A DNA stretch of 64,000 nt from Ignavibacteriota bacterium. GTDB taxonomy: Bacteria > Bacteroidota > Ignavibacteria > UBA10030 > CAVZMI01. The notes under the pieces are model-generated. The model was not told where the DNA came from. It did no database searches and saw only the letters and a program-made list of their open reading frames with translations. Numbering within the stretch: position 1 is the first letter of the stretch; every line of letters begins with the position of its first letter. This document shows positions 31,259-41,855 of the stretch, in pieces. The DNA is taken from contig CAVZMI010000023.1 in the NCBI GenBank assembly GCA_963776275.1, forward strand, positions 448,001 through 512,000. The letters are read 5' to 3'. Position numbers and translations under genes: made by a program.

Positions 31259-32221
31259 TCACACTGCTTCAATCGTCGATGGCGGTTTCGTTGTTATGTT
31301 ATATGTGACACTGACAACACCGGGCACCTTGCGGACAATCTCACGGGAAAGCTTCGCAAGCATTTTGAAGGAAAGCCGCGTCGGTGTTGCTGTCCGTGCG
31401 TCGACGCTTTCCCAGCAGCGTACTTCGATCTGCTGACCGAAATCGCGTTTGCCGTCGCGCATCCCGGTTACACGGTCTTCATGAAGAATGGCCATGTATT
31501 GAAATGCACCGGTCCCCTTGAGCATTTTTTCAACAATGACGGTCGCTTTACGAACTGTTTCAATGCGATCCGGTGTTACTTCGCCGATTACACGCGCCGA
31601 GAGCGCCGGCCCCGGAAAAGGAATGCGTTTGAAGATCCCCTGTGGAAGCCCGAGTGCTTTACCGACTTTCCTCACACCATCCTTACGAAGCTGAATCAGT
31701 GGCTCGATGATACGGTATCCGAAAGTTTCCTGCGGGTCGATGCCGAGCTGCTCGAAAACATTATGTTGCCGCTTGATGCCTGCGATGGTCTCATCGACAT
31801 CGGTAAGGATTGTTCCCTGGAGAAGATATTTCGCCGCACTATCCCTGACAATTCGGCCAAAGACGTTTTTATAAAAAGTCTGGGTTATCGCCTCACGCTT
31901 TGCTTCCGGATCTGTAATTCCTTTGAGCGCAGCGAAGAATTCTGCACGTGCATCGACCACTTCCACTTCTACGCCGAGCTTTTTGAAAATATTAACGACC
32001 TGTTCGGGTTCACCCTCACGCATGAGTCCGTTCTGGATGAAGACTGTCTTCAAATGTTTTCCCAGTGCCCGATGTCCGAGCATCGTAACCGTCGACGAAT
32101 CGACACCGCCCGAAAGTGCATTGATTACCATCCCGTCACCGACGGCATTTTTAATTTCTTCCACCTTATCATTAATGAAACTCCTGGTGTTAAGGGCCCT
32201 GGCTGTGATTTCTTTAATCAT
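31259..32221 (-). CDS. Stand-alone GMP synthase ATP-pyrophosphatase subunit (subunit B-like), no glutaminase domain
   Basis: LSGGVDSS PP-loop, DPEAKR, QGTI..D, PFPGPAL, KPPSTIE; AAAGGAGG before ATG 32221. Confidence 0.88.
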   Translation of the reverse strand: MIKEITARALNTRSFINDKVEEIKNAVGDGMVINALSGGVDSSTVTMLGHRALGKHLKTVFIQNGLMREGEPEQVVNIFKKLGVEVEVVDARAEFFAALKGITDPEAKREAITQTFYKNVFGRIVRDSAAKYLLQGTILTDVDETIAGIKRQHNVFEQLGIDPQETFGYRIIEPLIQLRKDGVRKVGKALGLPQGIFKRIPFPGPALSARVIGEVTPDRIETVRKATVIVEKMLKGTGAFQYMAILHEDRVTGMRDGKRDFGQQIEVRCWESVDARTATPTRLSFKMLAKLSREIVRKVPGVVSVTYNITTKPPSTIEAV

Positions 32222-32374
32222 ATGGCAACCTCCTTTACATTTGCTATTACCATTCCAATTAATTGTTTGAACAGTATCTTGAGAAAATTTTTCGCAAAAA
32301 GCAAAAAATGCGATATTACCACATCGGTCGAATATCTTTGAGGTACTATGCTCCTTCATTTATATACGATGAAG

Positions 32375-32450
32375 CAGTCCCGCTTCGACGAGCGTCCGCC
32401 TCGTCGAGACCGACGGCAGTCGGGCGAGACGGGAAGCGAGGCGAGACAGC
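32375..32450. repeat. GC-rich REP-like nested hairpin
   Basis: CCCGCTTCGACGAG-CGTCCGC-CTCGTCGAG..CCGACGGCAGTCGG..GAGACGGG. Confidence 0.5.
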
Positions 32451-32536
32451 TTTGCTGTAATTAAATATTCATAGGGATACTAACAATTCGATGATACCCA
32501 AGGTCGTGATTGTAAACAACCTTATGTGAGATTTTT

Positions 32537-35158
32537 TTATTCTAAGAAGCAGACAGCATGCTGGTGTTGCGGATCGGCTACAACTTTTGCAAATGCACCA
32601 CGAACCGTCTGAGGCACATCGATTAACTGAAGAATCGGCTCATACTCACCGGCTTGAGGAAACAAGTCAAGCAGAACATTCTGAGCCGTGCTAAAGAATT
32701 CCCCTTGAAATTCCGTTGCAGAACTATCAGGATAGACCGGTAAATAAATGATCTGACCTTCAACCAAATCCTGAAAGAAATGTGTACCATACGATACTTC
32801 GGGCACGTGGCCGGCTTCTTCTAAGGCTACCTCGACCAATACCGACGCATTATCGATATCGGAGTAGGTCACATTGACACCCAGATTGATATTGCCGCTC
32901 CCCCATCGACCCGGTCCCATCATGATGATTTTATTCTCCTTGATTTCCTGATGGCGGTTGATTTGCCCGACCATGCGGCCGAGTTTCTTTTTTAACTCGA
33001 GAGAAGTCAGATGGCTGTAGCATTGGGGATCGATGTAAAGGATATAGCGGATTTTCTCGACAATACCGCCGCAGATCATGCGCTGTGAACGAAACAGAAT
33101 CTGACGCCGCTCAAGGTTTTCCGGTAATGAGACGTTTGCCTGTGAACCGGGTAACATCAGCGGACGGCATTGCAGGAGATTTATATGGACGCGATCGTCT
33201 GAGTCCACAGAGGCTGTAAACTCCGTATCTACCGGTTGTCCGTACGCCTTCTCCAGTATAGTTAAAATTTTTCCCATCAGCGGCACAAAATCTGTACGGC
33301 CGAGCAGGTTATTAAATGTCAGCACCCACTGTCCTGCATCCCCTTCAACCATCCAGGAGATAGGATCATAGGGATGGTTGTCGCGCATAAGCGAGACAAG
33401 CAAATGTAAATTTGGGTATTTGTTGTCGGCCAAAACATCAACAAGGTCTCTGCTGGAAAACTGATTCGCTTCTATATCGAGTAGGTCCACCTGGTGTTGA
33501 GAGTATTTAGCGATCTTGGCCCCCACTTCCGGGCGCAACGATGGATGGCTGATGGCGATCATGCGGGGGTAATCCGAACCGATACGCTCTACCGCACGAG
33601 TACCCAGTCCGAATACCAGTCGGATCATTCCTTTCCTCGAATCGATGCGGTCATTCCAGGCGTAGAGATTATGCGAATAGGCGACTCCTGCGAGCGACGG
33701 GAAAAAGAAGTGCCGGTACGGCATACCAGATACCCGCTGTACCAGGATAGCCATCTGTTCATCGTTTTCGCCTAACCCGCGTTTTCTACGGTAGGAAAGA
33801 GCATCAGGGTTGAGAGCGCTTGCATATACTTGTTTGACAGCTTCCATAAAAGCTGCAAGGCGTGCATCGGGATCACCCTGGTTGGCACAAAAAACACTGC
33901 GATACTTACCGGCAAACGCGTTCCCAAAACTATCTTCCAGCAAACTACTGGATCGAATAATGATCGGCGCCTGGCCGTAGTAGTCGAGCATCATGCGAAA
34001 TTGTTCTATAATCGCTGCCGGAAAATCGCCGGCGAGAAAACGCTCTTCCACTTCTTTAAATTCTTCGATTGAAATTTCTGAACTCCGCGTCAATCGCAAG
34101 CGGAGCCGAAAAAGATCGTTGTTGATAAGAAAAGTAAAAAAGACATCCGAGCCGATGTAGAACGAGTCGTGGTCTTCAAGCCGTTCGGAAAATTCCATTC
34201 CGCTTTTCTCTTTTTCTGCCAGTAAAATTCGCCGCGCCAGCAACATGCCGGCTGCTTTACCGCCAACGCGTCCGGATCCGATAAGACGGTTCCGTATGGC
34301 AAATAGATCTGCCAGTGTAAAATATTGTTCTGCTAGCCGATTAAAGAAAGGATGCTGACCAATGAGGAGACGGCAAAATTCTTGCTTCAATGCCAGTTGT
34401 TCCGGATCTTTTTCGTCAAGGCCGGTGGAAGAATCTCTGTAGTGCATTAGCTTTTGGTACACACTTTCCCAGGGAGCCAGAGATTGTATCACATCGCCCA
34501 AGGGCAATTGTTGAGACGAAGTTAAAACTTCCGACGCCGTACGACTATGTGCAAGTGGTATCCATTTATCACCGTCGACGATATGAGGCAAAAACATTTG
34601 CGGCGAGTACCGATCCCAAACCTTGATGGGATGAAGATACATCTGGCCTTTGGCGTGATAGATATCCAGCAGGATTTGTGTCGTATCGCGAATACGGGCA
34701 ACAGAATGATGTGCATGCTTGCCGCGTGTCAGAGCAAAGTAGGTTACCGTGCCCAGTTCAAACAGGTATGGACATGTCACCTGGAAAAAATTCGCGAGCG
34801 ATTCATCGGTCGCCCATTCTACCACCAGAGTAGATAAATTATCGAAGACATAGAAAACCCTGGGGCCGTGGGCTTCGATGAGTTGATGAACTTCCCGGGT
34901 AAAAGAATCAAAGCCCAGGCCCGGATTAAGCTCGATTGTTTCCAGTCCCGGACGCGGTGCCAGGACGGGCGGGTGAGAGGCAAATCGTATATAAACCAGC
35001 GGCCAGTGTTCATCAATAGCAGCCTTTGCAAAAGGCTCAACGAAGTGACGATAGTCTTCGAGGCGATCAACCTGTAAGACGACATTGTCGCCCAGCCTGA
35101 TTCCCTGCAGAACCTCATCCAGGGCAGTAATTCCGCTATGAACTGCATTAGAAATCAT
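32537..35158 (-). CDS. PEP/pyruvate-binding (PPDK_N, ATP-grasp) domain protein with degenerate KaiC/RAD55-like N-terminus
   Basis: SGITALDEVLQG start; GGKAAG, IRSSSLLEDS..FAGKY, MAILVQ, GLGTRAV, LLQCRP, GPGRWGS, SYGTHFFQDL. Confidence 0.85.
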   Translation of the reverse strand: MISNAVHSGITALDEVLQGIRLGDNVVLQVDRLEDYRHFVEPFAKAAIDEHWPLVYIRFASHPPVLAPRPGLETIELNPGLGFDSFTREVHQLIEAHGPRVFYVFDNLSTLVVEWATDESLANFFQVTCPYLFELGTVTYFALTRGKHAHHSVARIRDTTQILLDIYHAKGQMYLHPIKVWDRYSPQMFLPHIVDGDKWIPLAHSRTASEVLTSSQQLPLGDVIQSLAPWESVYQKLMHYRDSSTGLDEKDPEQLALKQEFCRLLIGQHPFFNRLAEQYFTLADLFAIRNRLIGSGRVGGKAAGMLLARRILLAEKEKSGMEFSERLEDHDSFYIGSDVFFTFLINNDLFRLRLRLTRSSEISIEEFKEVEERFLAGDFPAAIIEQFRMMLDYYGQAPIIIRSSSLLEDSFGNAFAGKYRSVFCANQGDPDARLAAFMEAVKQVYASALNPDALSYRRKRGLGENDEQMAILVQRVSGMPYRHFFFPSLAGVAYSHNLYAWNDRIDSRKGMIRLVFGLGTRAVERIGSDYPRMIAISHPSLRPEVGAKIAKYSQHQVDLLDIEANQFSSRDLVDVLADNKYPNLHLLVSLMRDNHPYDPISWMVEGDAGQWVLTFNNLLGRTDFVPLMGKILTILEKAYGQPVDTEFTASVDSDDRVHINLLQCRPLMLPGSQANVSLPENLERRQILFRSQRMICGGIVEKIRYILYIDPQCYSHLTSLELKKKLGRMVGQINRHQEIKENKIIMMGPGRWGSGNINLGVNVTYSDIDNASVLVEVALEEAGHVPEVSYGTHFFQDLVEGQIIYLPVYPDSSATEFQGEFFSTAQNVLLDLFPQAGEYEPILQLIDVPQTVRGAFAKVVADPQHQHAVCFLE

Positions 35159-35311
35159 ACTATTATATTCTCAAGTCAACAAATTACCCTTATTAATGGA
35201 AATGGGGTTGTATCTCTGTCTCCTAGTATTCATTTTATTATTTCTTACATAAAAAACAAGTGACTTGAGTAAAAAAGAATGGAGTAAAAAGGGGGATAGA
35301 AAATGTGACTG

Positions 35312-35918
35312 TCACTCCAGCACCTTCAACATTTCGCTCGCAATAAGGCGGTTTCCCTCATCGTTCATATGAACACTATCGTAGGTCAGGATACCGGCTT
35401 CTTTATTGTCAGGATTATTCGTTTTGAGGTACTTGACAAATGCTTTTCGCAAATCGCAAATAGTGCTGCCCATTTCCCATGCCACACTCCGGCAGATTTC
35501 GGAATATTCATCGAGCTGCATATCAAGCTGATTGCTGCCGTCCCATTTCTCGCCTATAACACTTGGAGTACAGAGAATAACCCGACCGCCGGTATGCTGG
35601 ATTTTCGCAATGACTTCCTTCAGGCCCGATATATAGATATCTTTTGGTGTGCCGCTTAGTCCGGGAGTAATAGTATGCCAGAACGTCGTTGATCCCGATA
35701 TAAACGAAAACGATATCCGGTTTCTTTGCAATCACATCCCGATCGACTCGCATCTGAAGGTCTGTCACCTTGTTGCCGCCGATACCCGCCCCAATAATCT
35801 CAACCGAAGGCCACTTTTTCATCAGCTGGTTTTTTATAAGCGTGATGTACCCTTCGGGTTGCAGCCCTAATTCAGTAATTGAATCGCCAAAGAATATGAT
35901 TCTGCCGGCACTTTTCAA
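35312..35918 (-). CDS. SGNH/GDSL hydrolase; +1 frameshift at ~35683
   Basis: FFGDSIT, GIGGN, GIND(VWH) and D.VHMN motifs split over ORFs 35523-35918 and 35312-35731. Confidence 0.85.
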
Positions 35919-36082
35919 GGAACTTTTCCTTCAATGCAACTGGCAAGTACCTGTCGAAAAAAATGGTTGTTAAAAATTCAGATGAACCAGGACCGATTCC
36001 TTTCTTTTGCAGATTCACATTCCCATTGAACGTATGATATTAACCTATATCAAATCCTTACCAAAACTGCTTGAAGACCTGT

Positions 36083-36511
36083 CTAAATTGAAGTGCCGAC
36101 ACCCTGACTTCCGGATACAGGATTGAAGAGTTTTATTGTCTCGTTATTCAGCAGCACCCAGATACTATAGACCCCTAATATCGTACCGAGTGGAACGCGC
36201 ACCAGGTTAAAGAACGAGATAACAAGGAGGAGAATTCTCGCCCATTCCTTACGCTTGAGCACACCTATCGCCCCTATGATTCCCAAGATAGAGAATGAAA
36301 TAATAATTATTGCTACAATCAAGAGAATGAGCGGTATGATATTCAACACTTCGATGGGAATCTCGTGCGGTTTGATGGAACCTGATCTGATAAGAAAATC
36401 GAAAAGACCTCCAAACCCCATTGCAATAACAATGAGAACCATTGCGACGATAATAGCCAGACCGCGGTAGACGATGTTAAGAACTCCGACCAGTGTAATG
36501 TGTTTTTCCAT
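36083..36511 (-). CDS. Small 3-4 TM membrane protein
   Basis: Hydrophobic helices, WAR, VPLGTILGVYSIWVL. Confidence 0.75.
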   Translation of the reverse strand: MEKHITLVGVLNIVYRGLAIIVAMVLIVIAMGFGGLFDFLIRSGSIKPHEIPIEVLNIIPLILLIVAIIIISFSILGIIGAIGVLKRKEWARILLLVISFFNLVRVPLGTILGVYSIWVLLNNETIKLFNPVSGSQGVGTSI

Positions 36512-36586
36512 TTTTTCTCCTTTTAGGATGTCATTAAGATAATCGCTTCCAAATTCATATTTCTATACGCATTCATTCAGAGAAAG

Positions 36587-37537
36587 TTATACCCTCATAT
36601 TGTTTATCGCTTGAATAACCTCTTGCGAGGAAATATCACGAATCGTCCTTCCCGGCGCAGGCCGCAGAACAGTACACTGCTGTCCCAGAGGTCGAAATTT
36701 GCGATAGTTCCATTCTACATCCGGAAATAATGCCACCTGTGGAATGTTAAACGCAGAAGCAATATGGACAATCGACGTATCGGGAGTGACGACAAGATGT
36801 GCATGGGGCATTAATGCGATGACATCATCGATTGCAGGGGAACTGAACAGCGTAATATCCGGAATATCTCTGAGAAGAGTCCCGGCATTTTTTCGATCTC
36901 TCGGATGAAAGACGATTAAAACCTTATATCCCCGGGACAAACAGTATCTAGCCGATTCTTTCCATTTTTCGACCGGCCAGTATCTCGACTCATCCCCAGC
37001 GGATATATTGAGCAGTATCCTCTTTGAATCCCCAGCACCGATATGAAACACGACTCTTTGTTCTGCGCGTGAATCGATAAATAATTCCGGCGTGAGGTTG
37101 TGTAAACCTTGAATGCCTAGATGTTCAAGGGTGCGAAGATTGCGCTCCACCGCATGAAGTCCGGAAAAATCTTCCTGAGATGGGATCCCGGTTGTAAATC
37201 TTTTTTCACCTGCCCTGTTATATCCGATGGAATTCTTCGCTCCTCCAATTCGTGCAAGAAACGATCCCTCCCTCGAATAATGATCCTTCGGATCAATCCA
37301 CCAATCATAATGCTCAAGCTGCAAACGAATAATCAGTGCCGCGAGTGAAAATGGATCTTTTCTGTACACGATGATTTTTTGCAGCCGCGGATTATTCTTC
37401 ACGACAGGAACACCATGCCGCGACACGAGGATGTGAATTCGTGCCCCGGGCATCGCCTCTGAGATAGCGCGAAACATCGGCGTTGTGAGGATAGCATCGC
37501 CGATGCGGCCTATCTGGACAATAAGGATCTTCATCAA
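36587..37537 (-). CDS. Glycosyltransferase family 9 (LPS heptosyltransferase-like)
   Basis: RIGDAILTTP, RYWP, TPDTSIVHIASAF. Confidence 0.92.
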   Translation of the reverse strand: MMKILIVQIGRIGDAILTTPMFRAISEAMPGARIHILVSRHGVPVVKNNPRLQKIIVYRKDPFSLAALIIRLQLEHYDWWIDPKDHYSREGSFLARIGGAKNSIGYNRAGEKRFTTGIPSQEDFSGLHAVERNLRTLEHLGIQGLHNLTPELFIDSRAEQRVVFHIGAGDSKRILLNISAGDESRYWPVEKWKESARYCLSRGYKVLIVFHPRDRKNAGTLLRDIPDITLFSSPAIDDVIALMPHAHLVVTPDTSIVHIASAFNIPQVALFPDVEWNYRKFRPLGQQCTVLRPAPGRTIRDISSQEVIQAINNMRV

Positions 37538-37802
37538 AATATTGCGCTTCTATTCAACGTATCAACATCATTTTCTTCGTCTCGATGTATGAGCCGACTT
37601 TCAACCGATAGAAATAGTATAAAATAAAAACCCTGTGGATGTCGAATTTAACGATAGTTGTATAATGAATATTTTCCTGAATAGCAAGTCTTTCATCTTT
37701 TGAGTATAAGGGCGATCATTGCGTCAAATCGGGTTTCGGGAAGATACTCTATGAACTTCTGAATGGCGTTTATAACTTATTGGACTTTCAATTTCACTGT
37801 TT

Positions 37803-38408
37803 TTATTTCTCACTGAGCAGTTTTTGAATTTCATTTTCAAACATACTCTGTGTATGATACCCCTGAAGCACGTTTCGTACGATCCCTTTCCTGTCGATCA
37901 CAAATGTCGTGGGGATTGCCTCGAAATTTCCGTAATTCATAACAACCTCATACGATGCCATCAACTGTGGATAATTCATTCCGGCACTTTTCACAAAATT
38001 TTTAACGATGCGGGGGCCATTCTCATCAAGCGATACTCCGATAAATGTAAATCCTTTTTTCTCATATTTTTTCTGCAATAGAATAAATGCGGGGATCTCA
38101 ACCCGGCATGGCGGGCACCAAGTTGCCCAAAAATTGAGGATAATAACCTTACCCTTAAATTCCGAGAATGACATGGCCTTTCCATCAAGATTGTTAAGTA
38201 CAAACTCCGGGGCCGGTTGTCCTATAAGCGAACCTGTCGATGGCTGCGTCGCAGCCAGCATGTTAATTCTAATAAAAAAAATGACAAGAAATATGCTTAT
38301 CACCATCAGTGCGGAGTGTTTATGTATTCCTCTCTGCTGCATATCCTTCATAGACATACAACCCTTCGATAATAGACTTTTCAACGCGTTCATCTGCAAC
38401 CTATGCAA
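37803..38408 (-). CDS. TlpA/ResA thiol-disulfide oxidoreductase
   Basis: LNFWATWCPPC, IPTTFVID; N-terminal TM (true start probably downstream of 38408). Confidence 0.92.
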   Translation of the reverse strand: MHRLQMNALKSLLSKGCMSMKDMQQRGIHKHSALMVISIFLVIFFIRINMLAATQPSTGSLIGQPAPEFVLNNLDGKAMSFSEFKGKVIILNFWATWCPPCRVEIPAFILLQKKYEKKGFTFIGVSLDENGPRIVKNFVKSAGMNYPQLMASYEVVMNYGNFEAIPTTFVIDRKGIVRNVLQGYHTQSMFENEIQKLLSEK

Positions 38409-38628
38409 TTCCGCATGAACCGCCGCAGCATTCGGAAGAACATGGCGGCATATCGGATTCGCTTTTTTTACCCGCTCCCGACCTACCTACATTGGTTGTC
38501 GACATTAAACGGCTATAGTGCGTCGACCGACAGTCCGGGCAAACAATATCATCGATCACTTCACGAGAGAGATGTAATATCTCATATTTCGATCCGCATT
38601 CATTGCATTTATATTCGTATATTGGCAT
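38401..38628 (-). CDS. FmdB-family zinc-ribbon protein
   Basis: MPIYEYKCNECG...CPDC...RLMS, Cys-rich tail CSSECCGGSC. Confidence 0.9.
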   Translation of the reverse strand: MPIYEYKCNECGSKYEILHLSREVIDDIVCPDCRSTHYSRLMSTTNVGRSGAGKKSESDMPPCSSECCGGSCGIA

Positions 38629-38632
38629 AATA

Positions 38633-39074
38633 TTATGATACTATTGAAATCGATGGTTTAACTTCAACAGGTGTATTAATTGAATTCGCAATCACACATC
38701 CTTCATGCGCTTCGCGTACAATTTGTGCGACATCGGCTTCCGTAACGCTCCCCTTCACGTTAATTCTCGGCAGTATCCGGGCACTTACAAATCGATAATT
38801 GCCTTCGACGAAATCGAGCGTCGCTTCTGCTTCGCTTTTATACGAAATCAGGATAATCCCTTTCCGGAGAAGGGAAGCGACAAAGGTATTCATCAGGCAA
38901 ATATTCAGTGCCGCCACGAAGAGATCTTCAGGAGTCCAGACATTTGGAACTCCTTTAAATTCAGGTGGACTCGCCACCGAGATATCGGGTTTTCCCTCTC
39001 CTCGCAGAAGACCGGTGCGTTCCCCGGTTCCATTGCACCTTTGTTTTATATTGAAACACTTTATACTTCTTCAT
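38633..39074 (-). CDS. OsmC/Ohr-like (SACOL1771-type) protein; +1 frameshift at ~39029
   Basis: PPEFKG..WTPEDLF.A....C and AHEGCVIANS; N-terminus MKKYKVFQYKTKVQWTGER restored by removing one base. Confidence 0.85.
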
Positions 39075-39129
39075 TGGTTCCATATCGATTCATATCCTTT
39101 ATTATACATTGGTTTTGTGAACTAAAGAG

Positions 39130-39393
39130 TCACCCATGGGAATGTGAAAGATTTTTCCCGGATTTTGACCGTTCCTTTTTAAGTGACTTCAGCAAGAGTT
39201 TCTGAACAGCAGGAGGAACCGGTCCGGTTGTATAACTACGATACAGCTTTACCGTTTCTTTCATTGAAGCGAGATAGGCGCTGCAGTCCGGGCATTCGGC
39301 AAGATGGCGGTGTATTTCGATGCAGCGCGGAGAATCGACATCGGCATCGAGATTGTCACAGATGAAACGGAGCACTTGAGTACACTTCTTCAT
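39130..39393 (-). CDS. Zinc-finger anti-sigma factor (zf-HC2/ZAS)
   Basis: C....FI.D.LD...C..I..HLAECPDC (HxxxCxxC); starts directly after the sigma stop. Confidence 0.85.
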   Translation of the reverse strand: MKKCTQVLRFICDNLDADVDSPRCIEIHRHLAECPDCSAYLASMKETVKLYRSYTTGPVPPAVQKLLLKSLKKERSKSGKNLSHSHG

Positions 39394-39394
39394 G

Positions 39395-39988
39395 CTACTT
39401 CCCCATATACGGGTCGAGCTGATTTCTGAGAAAAATCCGTGCGCGGCGCAGACGCGATTTAACAGCCGGAATGCTGAGATGAAGAATCCTTGCCGTTTCT
39501 GCAGCAGACTGTTCTTCGACATCACGCAAGATAAACACCACTCTGTATTCCATCGGTAGTTTTTGAATCGCACGATCAAGATGCTCTTTCAACTCATGGT
39601 TCATGACACCGGCGATCGGCGAATCATTCCAGGTGCCGCTATGTTCACCCGGTTCTTCATGATCCGGAAATTCGGAATCGAGTGAAATCGATTCATCGTC
39701 CAACCTCCTGCGGCGATGTTTCATCAGGCAGTTATTTGCAACGATACTGTAAAGCCACGTTGAGAATTTCGATCGACCGTCGAACTGGTCGAGCTTCCTG
39801 TAGACATTCACGAAGGTATCCTGTAACGTCTCGGCTGCTTTGTCCTTATTCCGGCAGACTTTGAAAGCAAATCCGTATACTATCTGTTCATACCGGCGCA
39901 CAAGTAGTGTAAATGCCTTTTCGTCACCCCTGCGTGCCCGTTCAATAAGGATCAGATCTCCGGCAGTATTATCCCGTTGCGTCGTCAT
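39395..39988 (-). CDS. ECF sigma-70 factor
   Basis: GD..AF..LV.RY, FDGRSKFSTWLY.I, LP.EYR.VF.LRD, VKSRL.RAR. Confidence 0.95.
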   Translation of the reverse strand: MTTQRDNTAGDLILIERARRGDEKAFTLLVRRYEQIVYGFAFKVCRNKDKAAETLQDTFVNVYRKLDQFDGRSKFSTWLYSIVANNCLMKHRRRRLDDESISLDSEFPDHEEPGEHSGTWNDSPIAGVMNHELKEHLDRAIQKLPMEYRVVFILRDVEEQSAAETARILHLSIPAVKSRLRRARIFLRNQLDPYMGK

Positions 39989-40043
39989 ATAATATGATGC
40001 AACAATTCTATAAAAGATTCAATATGCCTTAATACAATTTCTA

Positions 40044-41246
40044 TTAACGACATCGTATTATAATGATTGATATTTCTGCCGGTGCCTGAAAGCGAAAAGG
40101 CGCCCCTGTCAGGCCGATGCCATTCGTCACACTGACAAGCATAGATCCGACATTGTAAAAACCTTTAACATATGGGGTCTCGATTCTAGACAGAATAATC
40201 GGCCACCATGGAAGTCCGAGTACGACTTGCCCGCCATGTGTATGACCGCTTAAAAACAGGTTGTATCTGTGCTGCGAGGCGCTGTCGACAAGCCACCGCA
40301 CGGCCGAGTGAGTGAACAGGATTTGGAGATCGGCAGAATCTGTTCCCTGTTTTGAAAATATCGATGGAGCCGCCCATCGCCCGTAGAAATTATTAATCCC
40401 GAAAAGTTTTATATTTGACATTCCAGCACGAATCGTCGATACCGAGTCTTCGAGAACGATCACACCATTCTCACGAAGATGCTTCGTCACCTGTTCCGCA
40501 TCCGCCCACGCGTCATGATTTCCCAGGCAGGCATAAGTTCCGTACTTCGCATTCATTTTGCCGATGACTCGGGCACCTTGTTGAATATATTTTGTCCCTG
40601 CCGTTACGATATCTCCGGTAAAAATTATCAGATCGGGTTGGAGTGCCTGGACTTTCTGAATAGCATCAGTAAATATTGTGCCACTCGTGCGATCATCCAC
40701 CTGAATATCGCTTACATGGACAATCCGAAATCCATCCAATGATTTCGGAAGCTCCGGAATAATATATTCTTTTATTGAAATCCGGACCGATGATGTATCG
40801 CTTATGATCTTCACCAGAACGTAGCAAATCATAGGCACGGTGAATGCGATGATAATTCTACCCTGCAGGTGGAGCCACCGCTCCTTTGAGTGTCTGTACA
40901 GCCAGTATAGGAACATTCTTAAAAGATCGGTGAGAATAAATGCGATCCCGAGTTGTGCCGTGCAAACAAGACCGTACCAGTAGGGATAGATAAAGATAAA
41001 ATCGATGACTCTTATCTGGCCCAGGGCAACTCCCACAGCCCATGGACGATCAATAAAATAAGCGGCCAGAAGCAATAGAGGAACGCAGAACAACCAAGCA
41101 GCGATGATAAAAAGGATTTTTTTTACTCTGCGTCGCTGAAATTGAAATCCATAGACAAGAGCGTTTGTGAGTTTCTTCCCGACATACCAGTATAAAAACA
41201 GAAAGGGAACCGCAAGGACAAGATGCAGATAGATCGGCCAGGGCAT
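40044..41246 (-). CDS. Membrane-anchored metallophosphoesterase (YkuE-like)
   Basis: 4 N-terminal TMs; SDIQ, TGD, GNHD, SGHTHGGQ. Confidence 0.9.
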   Translation of the reverse strand: MPWPIYLHLVLAVPFLFLYWYVGKKLTNALVYGFQFQRRRVKKILFIIAAWLFCVPLLLLAAYFIDRPWAVGVALGQIRVIDFIFIYPYWYGLVCTAQLGIAFILTDLLRMFLYWLYRHSKERWLHLQGRIIIAFTVPMICYVLVKIISDTSSVRISIKEYIIPELPKSLDGFRIVHVSDIQVDDRTSGTIFTDAIQKVQALQPDLIIFTGDIVTAGTKYIQQGARVIGKMNAKYGTYACLGNHDAWADAEQVTKHLRENGVIVLEDSVSTIRAGMSNIKLFGINNFYGRWAAPSIFSKQGTDSADLQILFTHSAVRWLVDSASQHRYNLFLSGHTHGGQVVLGLPWWPIILSRIETPYVKGFYNVGSMLVSVTNGIGLTGAPFRFQAPAEISIIIIRCR

Positions 41247-41455
41247 AGAATAAGGTTGATAATGGTTATAGAAAAAAACAAGTCTTTAAATATACCAAAC
41301 AGAGAGGAAAAAATCAGTAGGAAAAATATGATGTGATTCCAAAAGGATTGAATAGATATCGTTCGGCAACCTTCGATAAAGGCATGCCCTATGTTCTGCT
41401 GACAATTTCTCCGCGGAGGTTTGCGGTTCCGCTGTCGTAAACATATGAGTATATT

Positions 41456-41833
41456 TTATGAATCCAGCCCCACATCAACGATTGGCAGATCCCAGTGTGC
41501 AAGCAGGATCTCGAACCGCCGCTGTTCTTCCTTCTGAAATGTCTTCTGATCCGGGTACAATTTTCTCTTCAGGGCACTTTCATCGAATCCGGAATCCAGC
41601 ATCTGAATATTTTTCCATACAATCGTAATCCTGTAATCCCAACGTCCATCTTCGGTGGCATGAAAGCGCGGCCTCGCGGCCGTGATCTGTAAAATTTGAC
41701 CCATTTCCATTCGTTTTTGCAGCACCGGGTAATGGTTTTTCTTGAATAGCCGGATGAATTCATCCGCGTACCCCCATCGGGCTTTATAATAATATTCCAC
41801 GGTGTATGGTTTGTTGTTTTCGTGTAATTTCAT
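41456..41833 (-). CDS. Conserved hypothetical protein (dimeric alpha/beta-barrel-like)
   Basis: 125-aa ORF with GGAG RBS; EYYYK..WG...EF..LF.KNH.P, RWDYR, AHWD. Confidence 0.65.
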   Translation of the reverse strand: MKLHENNKPYTVEYYYKARWGYADEFIRLFKKNHYPVLQKRMEMGQILQITAARPRFHATEDGRWDYRITIVWKNIQMLDSGFDESALKRKLYPDQKTFQKEEQRRFEILLAHWDLPIVDVGLDS

Positions 41834-41855
41834 TGCGTTATTTTTCTCCTTATCC

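Noticed and set aside
31172-32341. 389-aa plus-strand ORF
   Set aside because: Antisense shadow of the GMP synthase subunit, which has all the recognisable motifs.
32222-32536. Purine/PRPP riboswitch upstream of the GMP synthase subunit
   Set aside because: No recognisable aptamer consensus; the GC-rich stem resembles the REP-like hairpins seen elsewhere. An Rfam/Infernal scan would settle it.
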